From: an uncultured Gemmatimonadaceae bacterium
Lineage (GTDB): Bacteria; Gemmatimonadota; Gemmatimonadetes; Gemmatimonadales; GWC2-71-9
Direction: 5' to 3'
Length of the DNA stretch: 64,000 nt
Assembly: GCA_964348295.1 (NCBI GenBank)
Contig: CAYGBV010000017.1
Coordinates: 6,736 to 70,735 of the forward strand
Below the pieces are notes generated by a model. That model worked only from the letters and a program-made list of their open reading frames with translations, did no database searches and was not told where the DNA came from. Of this stretch, positions 1 to 9,292 are shown piece by piece (within the stretch, counting starts at the first letter, position 1; each line of letters begins with the position of its first letter). Position numbers and translations under genes: made by a program.

Positions 1-1603
1 ACCAGAGCGGCAGCCGCGACTTCACCGCGGGGATGACCGAGAAGTTGTACACCGGCGGGGGCGATGCCATGGACCACTCCAGCATGGCGCCGTCCCACGG
101 ATTGCCGCTCGCCGGGGCGCCCTTGCGGCGCGCGTACACGACATTCGCCACGAAGACCAGCGTGCCCAAGGCCATGGCAAACGCGCCGACGGTGGCAACC
201 AGGTTCATCGCGTCGAGCCCCAGCTCGGGGGCGTACGTGTATACCCGCCGCGGCATCCCCAACAGCCCGATGAAGTGCATCGGGAAGAACGTCAGGTTGG
301 CACCGATCACGGTGAGCCAGAAGTGCCACTTGCCCACCGCCTCGCTGAGCTGGTGCCCGAACACCTTGGGCCACCAGTAGTAGATCCCGGCGAACAGCCC
401 CATCACGGCGCCGCCCACCAGCACGTAGTGGAAGTGAGCCACCACGAAATACGTGTCGGTCTGCTGCAGGTCGGCCGGCGGGGAGGAGTGCATCACTCCC
501 GAGAGCCCGCCGACGATGAACATCGCGATGAACCCGATGGCAAAGAGCATCGCCGTGGTGAACTTCAGGCGGCCGCCCCACATGGTGGCGATCCAGTTGA
601 AGATCTTCACACCGGTGGGAATGGCGATGAGCATCGTGGTGGCCGAGAAGACCGAGTCGGCGATGGGGCCGAGCCCCACCTGGAACATGTGGTGCGCCCA
701 CACTCCCCACCCCAGGATGGCGATGAGCAGCCCGGAGTACACCACGACCGCGTAGCCGAACAGCGGCTTGCGCGAGAAGGTCGGGATTACCTCCGAGATG
801 ATCCCCATCGCCGGCAGGATGAGGATGTACACCTCAGGGTGGCCGAACAGCCAGAACAGGTGCTGCCACAGCAGCACGTCGCCGCCGGCCGCGACAGAGT
901 AGAAGTTCGTGCCGAATAGCCGGTCGAACAGCAGGAACACCAGCGCCACCGTGATGACGGGGAACGCGGTCACGATGATGAACTGCGTCACCAACGTCAT
1001 CCATGTGAACACAGGCATCCGCATGAGGCGCATGCCGGGCGCTCGCAGGTTCACGATTGTGACGATGAAGTTGATCCCGGCGGCGATGGAGGCGATCCCC
1101 AGCACCTGCAGGCCGATCACCCAGAAGTCCACGTGCAGACCGGGCGAGTACTGGGCCGACGTCAGGTTGGCGTAGCCGAACCAGCCGGCGTTGGGCGCGG
1201 CGCCGATCAGGAAGCTGGCGTTCATGAACAGGCCGCCCAGCAGGAACACCCAGTAGCTGAACGCGTTGAGCCGCGGGAAGGCCACGTCCCGAGCCCCGAT
1301 CTGCAGCGGCACGATGAAGTTGAAGAACGCCGCCGACAACGGCATGACCGCCAGGAACACCATGGTCGTGCCGTGCATGGTGAACAGCTCGTTGTACAGC
1401 TCGGCACTTACGACGTCGTTGCCGGCCGCCGAGAGCTGCAGCCGCATGATGAGCGCCTCGAGCCCACCCAGCAGGAAGAACGCGAACGCCGAGACCCCGT
1501 ACAGGACCCCGATCCGCTTGTGGTCAGTCGTCGTGATCCAGCTCCAGATGCCCGACGGGGCCTTGACCACGGCCGCGGCATGTTGGTCGAGAGTCGTTGC
1601 CAT
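1..1603 (-). CDS. ctaD: cytochrome c oxidase subunit I (heme-copper oxidase); 3' end lies outside the window
   Basis: Absent from the ORF track because it has no stop in the window. My reverse-strand translation from ATG 1603 gives MATTLDQHAAAVVK..., then LLWQHLFWLFGHPEVYILILP, WAHHMF and AHFHYV hallmarks. It starts 11 nt downstream of subunit II. Confidence 0.95.
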   Translation of the reverse strand, partial: MATTLDQHAAAVVKAPSGIWSWITTTDHKRIGVLYGVSAFAFFLLGGLEALIMRLQLSAAGNDVVSAELYNELFTMHGTTMVFLAVMPLSAAFFNFIVPLQIGARDVAFPRLNAFSYWVFLLGGLFMNASFLIGAAPNAGWFGYANLTSAQYSPGLHVDFWVIGLQVLGIASIAAGINFIVTIVNLRAPGMRLMRMPVFTWMTLVTQFIIVTAFPVITVALVFLLFDRLFGTNFYSVAAGGDVLLWQHLFWLFGHPEVYILILPAMGIISEVIPTFSRKPLFGYAVVVYSGLLIAILGWGVWAHHMFQVGLGPIADSVFSATTMLIAIPTGVKIFNWIATMWGGRLKFTTAMLFAIGFIAMFIVGGLSGVMHSSPPADLQQTDTYFVVAHFHYVLVGGAVMGLFAGIYYWWPKVFGHQLSEAVGKWHFWLTVIGANLTFFPMHFIGLLGMPRRVYTYAPELGLDAMNLVATVGAFAMALGTLVFVANVVYARRKGAPASGNPWDGAMLEWSMASPPPVYNFSVIPAVKSRLPLW

Positions 1604-1614
1604 GCGCCGTTCCG

Positions 1615-2625
1615 TCAGTTCAGGCTCTGGAGGTACGCGACCAACGCCGCGAGCTCCTCCTCGGTCATGGGCATCTGTGGCATCAGGCTGCCTGGCTTCT
1701 CACCCGCGGGATCCCGAATCCACCGCGCAAGCCCCTCGGCCGTGTTGGGGAGGATCCCTGCCGCAATCGTGCCGCGGCTGCCGACGTGCGTCAGGTTCGG
1801 ACCGAGTACTCCAGCCGCCACACCCTCGATTGCGTGACACGCCATGCACCCCTTGGTGCGGAACACCTCGAGCCCCCGCGCCAGGTCGCCGGTGAGCGTC
1901 TCCGCGCCCGGCGGCGCGGTCCGCTCCCGCTCCACCCACGCCGCGAAGCCGGCCGAGTCCTCCACCACCACGCGCATCCGCATGTTGGCGTGCGACTCGC
2001 CGCAGAACTCGGCGCACTGCCCGAAGAAGACGCCGACCGAGTCGGGTGTGAACGAGATCCGGGTGCTCCTGCCCGGCATCACATCCCGCTTCCCGCCGAG
2101 TTTCGGCGCCCAGAAGCTGTGGATCACGTCGGCGGAGGTCATGACGAGCGTCACGGGCTCGCCCGCGGGGACCCGTAACTCGTTGGCCGTGACGATGCCG
2201 AGGTCGGGGTAGCGGAACTCCCACCACCACTGATGCCCGACTACCTCGACCTGCATCGCGCCCTCGGGCGGGGCACCGTCGGTGCGGAAGATGGTACGGA
2301 TGGTCGGGACCGCGATGAAGATCAGCACCACGGCAGGCGCCAGGGTCCAGGAAATCTCCAGCAGCGTGCTGCCGTGCACGTGCCTCGGCGCCGGCGCGCC
2401 CGGCCGGTCCCGGAACTTCAAGATCGCGATGATGAGCGCGGTCTCCACGACCACGAAGACGCCCAGCGCCCACCAGACGATCGTCCGGTAGAGGGCGTCG
2501 ATCTCGCTGCCAAAGTCCGCGGTGGGATGCAGGGTCGACTGGGGATAGTCTCCACCGCAGGCGGCCAGCACGACCGCGAGCGAGGCCAGCGCCACACCCA
2601 CCAGGGTCCGTTTCTCTGCGTCCAT
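1615..2625 (-). CDS. ctaC: cytochrome c oxidase subunit II with fused C-terminal cytochrome c (caa3 type)
   Basis: 336-aa ORF. Lipoprotein-like leader (VVLAAC) and two TM helices. CuA site CAEFCGESHANM. C-terminal heme-c motif CMACH. Confidence 0.93.
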   Translation of the reverse strand: MDAEKRTLVGVALASLAVVLAACGGDYPQSTLHPTADFGSEIDALYRTIVWWALGVFVVVETALIIAILKFRDRPGAPAPRHVHGSTLLEISWTLAPAVVLIFIAVPTIRTIFRTDGAPPEGAMQVEVVGHQWWWEFRYPDLGIVTANELRVPAGEPVTLVMTSADVIHSFWAPKLGGKRDVMPGRSTRISFTPDSVGVFFGQCAEFCGESHANMRMRVVVEDSAGFAAWVERERTAPPGAETLTGDLARGLEVFRTKGCMACHAIEGVAAGVLGPNLTHVGSRGTIAAGILPNTAEGLARWIRDPAGEKPGSLMPQMPMTEEELAALVAYLQSLN

Positions 2626-2824
2626 TGTGCGTAGGGGTTCCTAGAAACCAACCGGCCCCGCATCGTCACGGAGCCGGCCGCAAATACTACCTATCTCGAC
2701 GCACGAGGTCAACTTTCGGCAGGAGGCCTGCTCTTTACCTTTAGTGTCGGTCCGAAACAGTTGCAGGTCGGAAGCGTCGCGGGGCGCACCGCAGGCTCCG
2801 CGCGTGGGAAGCGAGGAGAGTCAC

Positions 2825-3235
2825 ATGGTCGAACAGCCAACGACATACGGACTGAACGTTGAGGTCGCGCTCCCCTACGAGCGGGCGGTGGAGCGCGCCC
2901 GGGAGGAGCTCAGCAAGGAGGGGTTCGGCGTCCTGACGGAGATCGACGTGAGGGCCACCCTCAAGCAGAAGTTGGACGTGGACTTCCGGCCCTACGTCAT
3001 CCTGGGGGCGTGCAATCCCCCGCTGGCCCACAAGGCGCTCTCGACCGAGCAGGACATCGGGCTGCTGCTGCCCTGCAACGTGATCGTGTACGCCACCGAC
3101 GATCCCGCCAAGAGCGTCGTGGCGGCATTGGATCCGGTCAAGCAGCTCGGGATAACTGGAATCCACGCGCTCGCGCCGCTCGCAGAGGACGTCAAAGCCC
3201 GGATGAGGCGGGTGTTGGAGGGAGTGGCGGGGTAG
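2825..3235 (+). CDS. DUF302 domain protein
   Basis: ORF 2744-3235. A gaggag Shine-Dalgarno sits just before ATG 2825. FGVLTEIDV...PYVILGACNP pattern recalls DUF302. Confidence 0.7.
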   Translation: MVEQPTTYGLNVEVALPYERAVERAREELSKEGFGVLTEIDVRATLKQKLDVDFRPYVILGACNPPLAHKALSTEQDIGLLLPCNVIVYATDDPAKSVVAALDPVKQLGITGIHALAPLAEDVKARMRRVLEGVAG

Positions 3236-3256
3236 GCCAGCCTCTCCACGACCGAC

Positions 3257-3364
3257 GCGGGAAGCGGGAAGGGGGAAGCGAGTCAGGCTCCCGATAGGCG
3301 GGTTGCTTCCCGCCTCCCGTTTCCCGCTTCCCGATTGGCCGCACCGTTCCCCGTTCCCCGTCCC
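3257..3364. repeat. heptamer-repeat inverted element, copy 1
   Basis: Left arm (CGGGAAG)x3 at 3257-3280. Right arm (CTTCCCG-like)x4 at 3305-3333; its outer 13 nt are a perfect complement of 3258-3270. A (CCGTTCC)x2-3 array follows at 3344-3364. Lies between the DUF302 and amidase genes. Confidence 0.85.
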
Positions 3365-3441
3365 GCTGGCGCCCCCGCGGCGCGTACCTCATCTTCTCCC
3401 GATCCATCCAGCGGTAGGAACCATCCACGACCGGACATCCC

Positions 3442-5130
3442 ATGACCGACGAGCGCTCTCAGCCCGCACACATCGACCGGCGCCAGTTCATGGCCTACTT
3501 CGCCGCCCTCTCACCGACCCTCTGGGCCCTCACCCAGCAGGAAGAGGCGAGGATCACCAAGGAGATGCTGGCCCACGCCGAGGCGGTGGCCGGTCTCCAG
3601 TTCACCGACGCCGAGCGCGAGATGATGGCGGAGGGTCTCAACCGCAACCTCGAGGCGTACGAGGCCATTCGCGAGGTGCACGTCCCCAACAGTGTGCACC
3701 CCGCCCTCTTGTTCGATCCGGTCCTCCCGGGACGCACACCGCAGGTCCGGCGCTACCCCAAGCGCCGCACCCGACACCCGGAGGTGCAGCGCCCCGCCGA
3801 CCTCGAGGAGGCGGCGTTCTGGTCGGTGACCGACCTGGCCGAATTGGTCCATTCGCGCCAGGCCTCGTCGGTCGAGCTCACACGGATGTACCTGAACCGG
3901 CTCAAGCGCCACGCCCCCAAGCTGGAGTGCGTGGTGACGTTCACCGAGGAGCTCGCCATGCGGCAGGCCCGGCGGGCAGATGCGGAGCTCGCGCAGGGAC
4001 TGTACCGCGGCCCGCTGCATGGCATCCCCTGGGGCGCCAAGGACCTGCTCGCTGAGGACGAGTACCGCACCACCTGGGGAGCCATGCCGTACGAGGATCA
4101 GGTGATCCCGTACGATGCTACGGTGGTGCGCCGACTCGAGGAGGCGGGGGCGGTGCTCATTGCCAAGCTCACCCTCGGCGCGTTGGCCATGGGCGACGTC
4201 TGGTTCGGGGGAAAGACGCGCAATCCGTGGAACCTCGAGCAGGGCTCGAGTGGCTCGTCGGCCGGATCGGCATCGGCCACGGTGGCCGGGTGCGTGGGCT
4301 TCAGCATCGGGAGCGAGACGTTGGGCTCGATCGTGTCGCCCGCCACACGGTGCGGGGCGACGGGGCTGCGCCCCACGTTCGGGCGGGTGAGCCGCTATGG
4401 GGCCATGGCCCTGTCGTGGAGCATGGACAAGCTGGGTCCACTGTGCCGCACCGTGGAAGACTGCGCGCTGGTGTTGGACGCGATTCACGGCGCCGACGGT
4501 AAGGACCCCACGGCTCGCGATCTCCCGTTCGATTGGAACGCGGAGCTCCCCCTGCAGAGCCTCAAGATCGGCTACTACAAGAGCGCCTTCGAGGCGGAGC
4601 ACGACTGGTACGACTTCGACATGCGGGCCCTAGACGCGCTGCGCTCACTGGGCGTGGAGCCCACTGCCATCGAGCTTCCCGAGACCATCCCGGTGCGGTC
4701 GCTGCGCTTCCTGCTGAGCGTCGAGGCGGCAGCCGCGTTCGACGAGCTCACCCGCAGCGGCCGGGACGACCTCCTGGTGCGGCAGGACCGGCGGGCATGG
4801 CCCACCAGCTTCCGGCGCTCGCGCCTCGTGCCGGCGGTGGAATACGTGCAGGCCAACCGGGTCCGCACCATGCTCATGGCTGCCGTAGACGCCACCATGG
4901 ACGGCATCGACGTGTTCATCACCCCGTCGTACGGTGGGAGCGTCCTCCTCACCACCAACCTCACGGGGCACCCCGCGGTAACGCTGCCCCACGGGTTCCG
5001 TGACGACGGCACGCCAGTGAGCATCTCGTTCGTCGGCAAGCTGTACGGGGAGTCGGAGCTGCTGGCGGTGGCGAAGGCGTATCAGGATGCTACGGGATTC
5101 CACCTGCGGCGCCCGCCCGAGTTCGCGTGA
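3442..5130 (+). CDS. amidase-signature family amidase with twin-arginine leader
   Basis: 562 aa. N-terminal DRRQFMAYFAAL Tat-like motif. Gly/Ser-rich amidase signature block GSSGSSAGSASA. Confidence 0.85.
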   Translation: MTDERSQPAHIDRRQFMAYFAALSPTLWALTQQEEARITKEMLAHAEAVAGLQFTDAEREMMAEGLNRNLEAYEAIREVHVPNSVHPALLFDPVLPGRTPQVRRYPKRRTRHPEVQRPADLEEAAFWSVTDLAELVHSRQASSVELTRMYLNRLKRHAPKLECVVTFTEELAMRQARRADAELAQGLYRGPLHGIPWGAKDLLAEDEYRTTWGAMPYEDQVIPYDATVVRRLEEAGAVLIAKLTLGALAMGDVWFGGKTRNPWNLEQGSSGSSAGSASATVAGCVGFSIGSETLGSIVSPATRCGATGLRPTFGRVSRYGAMALSWSMDKLGPLCRTVEDCALVLDAIHGADGKDPTARDLPFDWNAELPLQSLKIGYYKSAFEAEHDWYDFDMRALDALRSLGVEPTAIELPETIPVRSLRFLLSVEAAAAFDELTRSGRDDLLVRQDRRAWPTSFRRSRLVPAVEYVQANRVRTMLMAAVDATMDGIDVFITPSYGGSVLLTTNLTGHPAVTLPHGFRDDGTPVSISFVGKLYGESELLAVAKAYQDATGFHLRRPPEFA

Positions 5131-5264
5131 CGCACGGCGCGCCGGGAACCGCAGCGGCCGGTCACACGGTGTGTCAATGAGGCGCGGACCGCGCTGAGCC
5201 CATTCAACCGTTCGATCTGAAGGAGGCGCTGTTCAGCGGTGCGGGGCACGAGGGCTTCGTCGGC

Positions 5265-5621
5265 ATGCTGCAAGGGATAGGCGTCCCGGCCGCTGGACTC
5301 ATGGCATGGGTGGTGGGGCTGGTCGAGTTCTGCGGCGGCCTCATGCTGATCGCGGGTGCGTTCGTCATGATCGTCACGGTGCTGCAAGGGCTGGTAATGC
5401 TCGTGGCCCTGTTCACCGTGCACCTGCCCAACGGCTTCAACTTCATGCACATCGTGGGCATGACCGACCAGGGCCCGCAGTTCGGCATGCCCGGCTACGA
5501 GGTGAACCTGCTCTACCTCGCCAGGCTGGCGGCCCTCTTCCTGTTCGGTCCGAGCCCGCTCTCCGTGGACGAGATGATGGCGCAGAAAAAGGCTGGGCCA
5601 ACACCGCCACCGGCGGTCTAG
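5265..5621 (+). CDS. DoxX-family membrane protein, apparently lacking the first TM helix
   Basis: 118 aa, three hydrophobic helices. VEFCGGLMLIAG and FTVHLPNGF motifs are typical of DoxX. The in-frame region upstream is open only from 5181 and encodes no hydrophobic helix. Confidence 0.65.
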   Translation: MLQGIGVPAAGLMAWVVGLVEFCGGLMLIAGAFVMIVTVLQGLVMLVALFTVHLPNGFNFMHIVGMTDQGPQFGMPGYEVNLLYLARLAALFLFGPSPLSVDEMMAQKKAGPTPPPAV

Positions 5622-5721
5622 CGGCGCCTCGAAGCCGGCTTGACGCGGGGGGTAGATGGTCGCCGGAACGATCTGCCCCCCGCGCTGTATTGAGACCGGT
5701 AAGCCATTGGGGAGGTTCGGG

Positions 5722-6885
5722 ATGATGAGGATGAGAGCTCTTCTTGCGTGCGCGGTGCTGTGCGGAGCCACGCCAATAGCCGCGCCCCTCCTGGCCCAGC
5801 AGACTCCCGCCGACACCGCCGCAGTGCTGGTGGACGTGGTGCGCCAGCTCCAGGCCGAGCAGGAGTGGGACACCGCCGAGGATCTGCTGCGCTACATCGT
5901 GCGGCACTACGCCGGCACCCCCGCGGCCCAGGAGGCGCAGCGGCTGCTGGAGGAGCTGCGCGGCATCCGCACGGCCACCAGCGGGCGCACGAACTTCATC
6001 GTCGCCCAGACCCTGTTCGGCCTCTGGCTCGGTGTCGCAATACCGCTCGCGTTCGACGAGGAGCCCTCCGAGACGGCGTTCGGTCTCGGACTGCTGCTGG
6101 GTGGGCCGACCGGCTTCTTGTGGTCCAGCGCCTACTCTCGCAAGAACTCCATGAGCAAGGGCCAGGCCAGCACCGTCAACTTCGCCGAGTGGTGGGGCAC
6201 CTGGCAGTTCATCGGGTGGCAGCAGGTGCTCGAGATCGGAGGCGCGGACTACTGCGACGAGTTCGGCTGCTACGGGGAGTCGCAGACGGCGCCGTTCGCC
6301 GCCGGCGTGATCGGCGGGTTGACCGGGCTCGGCACCGGGCTCTTCCTCACGCGGCGCAGCGAGATTCCCGAGGGGGACGCCGAGCTGGTGAACCACGCCG
6401 CGCTGTGGGGCACTTGGTACGGCATCGCCTTCGGCGTGCTGGTAGACGCAGAGGACGACGCCCTCCTTACAGCTGCTCTGCTCGGAGGCGATATTGCGCT
6501 CGCAGCGGCAATACCGGCCGCCCTCGCATGGCGTCCCGTCGCGAGTCGCGTCAGGCTGACCAGCATTGCCGGGCTCGCGGGCGGAGTCGGTGGACTCGGC
6601 CTGGACCTGCTGTTCTCGGTGGACGACGAGAAGACCGGGATTCTCATCCCCACCATCACGTCCACCGTGGGCCTCATCGCCGGATATGTCCTGACACGAC
6701 CGAAGCCAGGGGCGGAACAGGAGGCGAGCACGGGGTCTCTCACAGGCGCGCTGGTCAACATCCAGGACGGCGTGCGGCTCGATGTGCCGCTGCCCGTGCC
6801 CACCCCCGTCCCTTACGAGGCACCCGATGGCAGGCGGGAGTGGCGGCCCGGCATCAAGGTCACCCTGCTGGACGCGCGTTTCTAG
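5722..6885 (+). CDS. hypothetical exported/membrane protein
   Basis: ATG 5722 preceded by ggagg. Signal peptide MMRMRALLACAVLCGATPIAAPLLAQQ, then a helical segment and several Gly-rich hydrophobic segments. No family recognised. Confidence 0.6.
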   Translation: MMRMRALLACAVLCGATPIAAPLLAQQTPADTAAVLVDVVRQLQAEQEWDTAEDLLRYIVRHYAGTPAAQEAQRLLEELRGIRTATSGRTNFIVAQTLFGLWLGVAIPLAFDEEPSETAFGLGLLLGGPTGFLWSSAYSRKNSMSKGQASTVNFAEWWGTWQFIGWQQVLEIGGADYCDEFGCYGESQTAPFAAGVIGGLTGLGTGLFLTRRSEIPEGDAELVNHAALWGTWYGIAFGVLVDAEDDALLTAALLGGDIALAAAIPAALAWRPVASRVRLTSIAGLAGGVGGLGLDLLFSVDDEKTGILIPTITSTVGLIAGYVLTRPKPGAEQEASTGSLTGALVNIQDGVRLDVPLPVPTPVPYEAPDGRREWRPGIKVTLLDARF

Positions 6886-6893
6886 GAGGCCTC

Positions 6894-8600
6894 ATGGCCG
6901 AGATCGAGCGACGAGACTTCGTGCGCGGCGGCGCCCTTGCAGTGGGCGCCGCTTTGCTCGGTGGGCGGGTCCACCCGGCTGGGGAGCCCCGCTGGGTGAG
7001 CCGCGGGCGCGACGCCGACCTCCTGCTACGGGGGGGGCTGGTGTACGACGGCAGCGGCGCGGCGCCGACCGAGGCGGACGTGGCAGTGGCGGGCGATCGC
7101 ATCGCCGCCGTCGGCTCCGGGCTCGCGGCGGCGGGAGCCGAGACGGTAGACCTCGCCGGGCTCGCCCTGGCACCCGGCTTCATCGACGTCCATTCCCACA
7201 CCGACCTCGAGCTGTTCGTCGACCCGAAGGGGGAGAGCAAGGTGCGCCAAGGGGTCACCACGGAGGTGACCGGCCAGGACGGCGGCTCCATTGGCCCCTG
7301 GACCGGCGACAGGGCGGCGGACATACGGGAGCGCTACCGCGAGCGCTACGGCGTGGAGCTCGAGTTTCACGACCTCGCGGGCTTCTTCGGCCAGCTGGAG
7401 CGCGATGGTGCGGCCCTGAACCTGGCGAGCATGGTGGGCCAGGGCACGGTGCGGGGCTACGTGGTCGGCGACGACGACCGCCCGGCCACGGCCGCCGAGA
7501 TCGCCCGGATGCGCGGCCTGGTGCGAGAGGCGCTAGCTGCGGGGGCGTGTGGGCTGTCGAGCGGTTTGGAGTACGTCCCCAGCGCGTTCGCCGACCTGGA
7601 GGAGCTCGTCGCGCTGGCCAGCGAGCTGCGCGGCACCGACCTCCCCTACGCGAGCCACATGCGCAATGAAGACGACCAACTCTTCGCCGCGGTGGAGGAG
7701 GCGCTCAACGTGGGACGGCTGGCCGAGGTGCCGGTGCAGATCTCCCATCTCAAGGCACAGGGCCAGCGCAACTGGTGGAAGTGCGAGCCGGTGCTGCAGG
7801 CCCTGGAGCGGGCGCGGGCCGACGGCGTGGACGTGATGTACGATCGCTACCCCTACGTGGCGTACAGCACGGGGCTCTCCAACCTGTTCCCCGTGTGGGC
7901 CCGTGACGGCGGTACCGAGATGTTCCTCGCCCGGTTGGACGACCCCGACGAAGCCCCGCGGATCGAGCGCGCCGTGCGCGCCAAGGTCGCCCAGCTCGGC
8001 TCATGGGACGCGGTGCAGGTCACCTCCACCGGGGCGGAGGAGTTCGCCTGGGCGCGCGGTCGGCGGCTCGGCCAGCTGGCGGCGGAGCGCCGTCAGGAGC
8101 CGTATGCGCTGCTGCTGGAGCTCATGATCGGCAACCGCAGTCGGGCCGGAATGGTGGGCTTCGGAATGAGCGAGGAGAACACCGCCCGATTCCTCGCTCA
8201 CCCGCTCGGCATGGTGTGCTCCGATGGCTCAGCACTCGCCATCGAGGGTCCACTCGCATCCGGGTCACCGCATCCGCGCAACTTCGGCACGTTTCCCCGC
8301 GTGCTGGGACGCTACTGTCGCGAGCAGCAGGTGATGCCGCTGGAGACGGCAATCCACAAGTTGACCGGCATGCCGGCGAGGCGGCTGCGACTCGCGGGCC
8401 GCGGCGCCATCACTCCGGGCGCGTTCGCCGACCTGGTTGCTTTCGATCCCGACCGCATCGCAGACCGCGCGACGTTCGAGCAGCCGCGCCAGTATCCCGT
8501 GGGAATCGCTCACGCGCTGGTGAACGGCGTGTTCGTAATGCGCGACGGCGAGCGGACGGCGGCGCTCCCGGGCCGACCGCTGCGACCGGAGCGTCACTGA
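6894..8600 (+). CDS. N-acyl-D-amino-acid deacylase (D-aminoacylase) family amidohydrolase
   Basis: Real start is ATG 6894 after aggagg; the upstream part of the 950-aa ORF is a shadow frame. RRDFVRGG Tat-like leader. FIDVHSHTD metal-binding motif. Overall D-aminoacylase look. Confidence 0.8.
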   Translation: MAEIERRDFVRGGALAVGAALLGGRVHPAGEPRWVSRGRDADLLLRGGLVYDGSGAAPTEADVAVAGDRIAAVGSGLAAAGAETVDLAGLALAPGFIDVHSHTDLELFVDPKGESKVRQGVTTEVTGQDGGSIGPWTGDRAADIRERYRERYGVELEFHDLAGFFGQLERDGAALNLASMVGQGTVRGYVVGDDDRPATAAEIARMRGLVREALAAGACGLSSGLEYVPSAFADLEELVALASELRGTDLPYASHMRNEDDQLFAAVEEALNVGRLAEVPVQISHLKAQGQRNWWKCEPVLQALERARADGVDVMYDRYPYVAYSTGLSNLFPVWARDGGTEMFLARLDDPDEAPRIERAVRAKVAQLGSWDAVQVTSTGAEEFAWARGRRLGQLAAERRQEPYALLLELMIGNRSRAGMVGFGMSEENTARFLAHPLGMVCSDGSALAIEGPLASGSPHPRNFGTFPRVLGRYCREQQVMPLETAIHKLTGMPARRLRLAGRGAITPGAFADLVAFDPDRIADRATFEQPRQYPVGIAHALVNGVFVMRDGERTAALPGRPLRPERH

Positions 8601-8647
8601 GGCGGTCGGCCCTCGCCGCAGACCAAGCCGCGCGGTAAGTTGGCGAC

Positions 8648-9292
8648 ATGCAGGAGCATCACTTCTCGGTTTCGCGCAGCGCCCGGTACTTCACGCTAGG
8701 CGAACCGAGCAGGGACCTGCGTCGGGTCTGGTTCGTGTGTCACGGCTACGGCGCGCTCGCCAACGTATTCCTGCGCGACTTCGAGCTGCTCAACGACGGC
8801 CGCCACCTGGTGGTCGCCCCCGAGGGACTGTCCCGGTACTACACGACCGACGACGAGCGCCACGTAGGCGCGAGCTGGATGACGCGCGAGGACCGTCTGG
8901 CCGAGATCACCGACTACGTCGCCTACCTCGACGCCCTGTACAAGCACTTGTTCAGGAAGATCGACCGCGCCTCGGTCACCGTGTACGCGCTGGGGTTCTC
9001 ACAGGGCGCGGCTACCGTTGCGCGCTGGATCAGCCTCGGCAGCGCGATGGCCGACCGACTCATCCTGTGGGCTGGGCTGCTCCCGCCGGACCTCGACCTG
9101 GGCGTGGCGTGGCCCAAGTTCGAGGACTCCCGGCTAACGTTCGTCATCGGCACGCGCGACAAGTACCTGGCGGGTGCACAGGTCGAGGAGATGGAAGCCC
9201 GTCTCCTCGAGCAGGACATTCCCTATGAGACGATCCGGTTCAATGGAGGCCACCGACTGGACGAGCGCGTGCTGCGCTCCCTGGCGGCGTAA
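8648..9292 (+). CDS. alpha/beta hydrolase (phospholipase/carboxylesterase-like)
   Basis: 214 aa. GFSQG nucleophile elbow and C-terminal FNGGH. Confidence 0.7.
   Translation: MQEHHFSVSRSARYFTLGEPSRDLRRVWFVCHGYGALANVFLRDFELLNDGRHLVVAPEGLSRYYTTDDERHVGASWMTREDRLAEITDYVAYLDALYKHLFRKIDRASVTVYALGFSQGAATVARWISLGSAMADRLILWAGLLPPDLDLGVAWPKFEDSRLTFVIGTRDKYLAGAQVEEMEARLLEQDIPYETIRFNGGHRLDERVLRSLAA

Noticed and set aside
5748-6893. N-terminal 380 aa of the 950-aa ORF 5748-8600
   Set aside because: It is Arg/Gly/Ala/Pro-rich shadow translation overlapping the better 5722-6885 gene in another frame. The amidohydrolase clearly begins at ATG 6894, which has an SD and a Tat-like leader.
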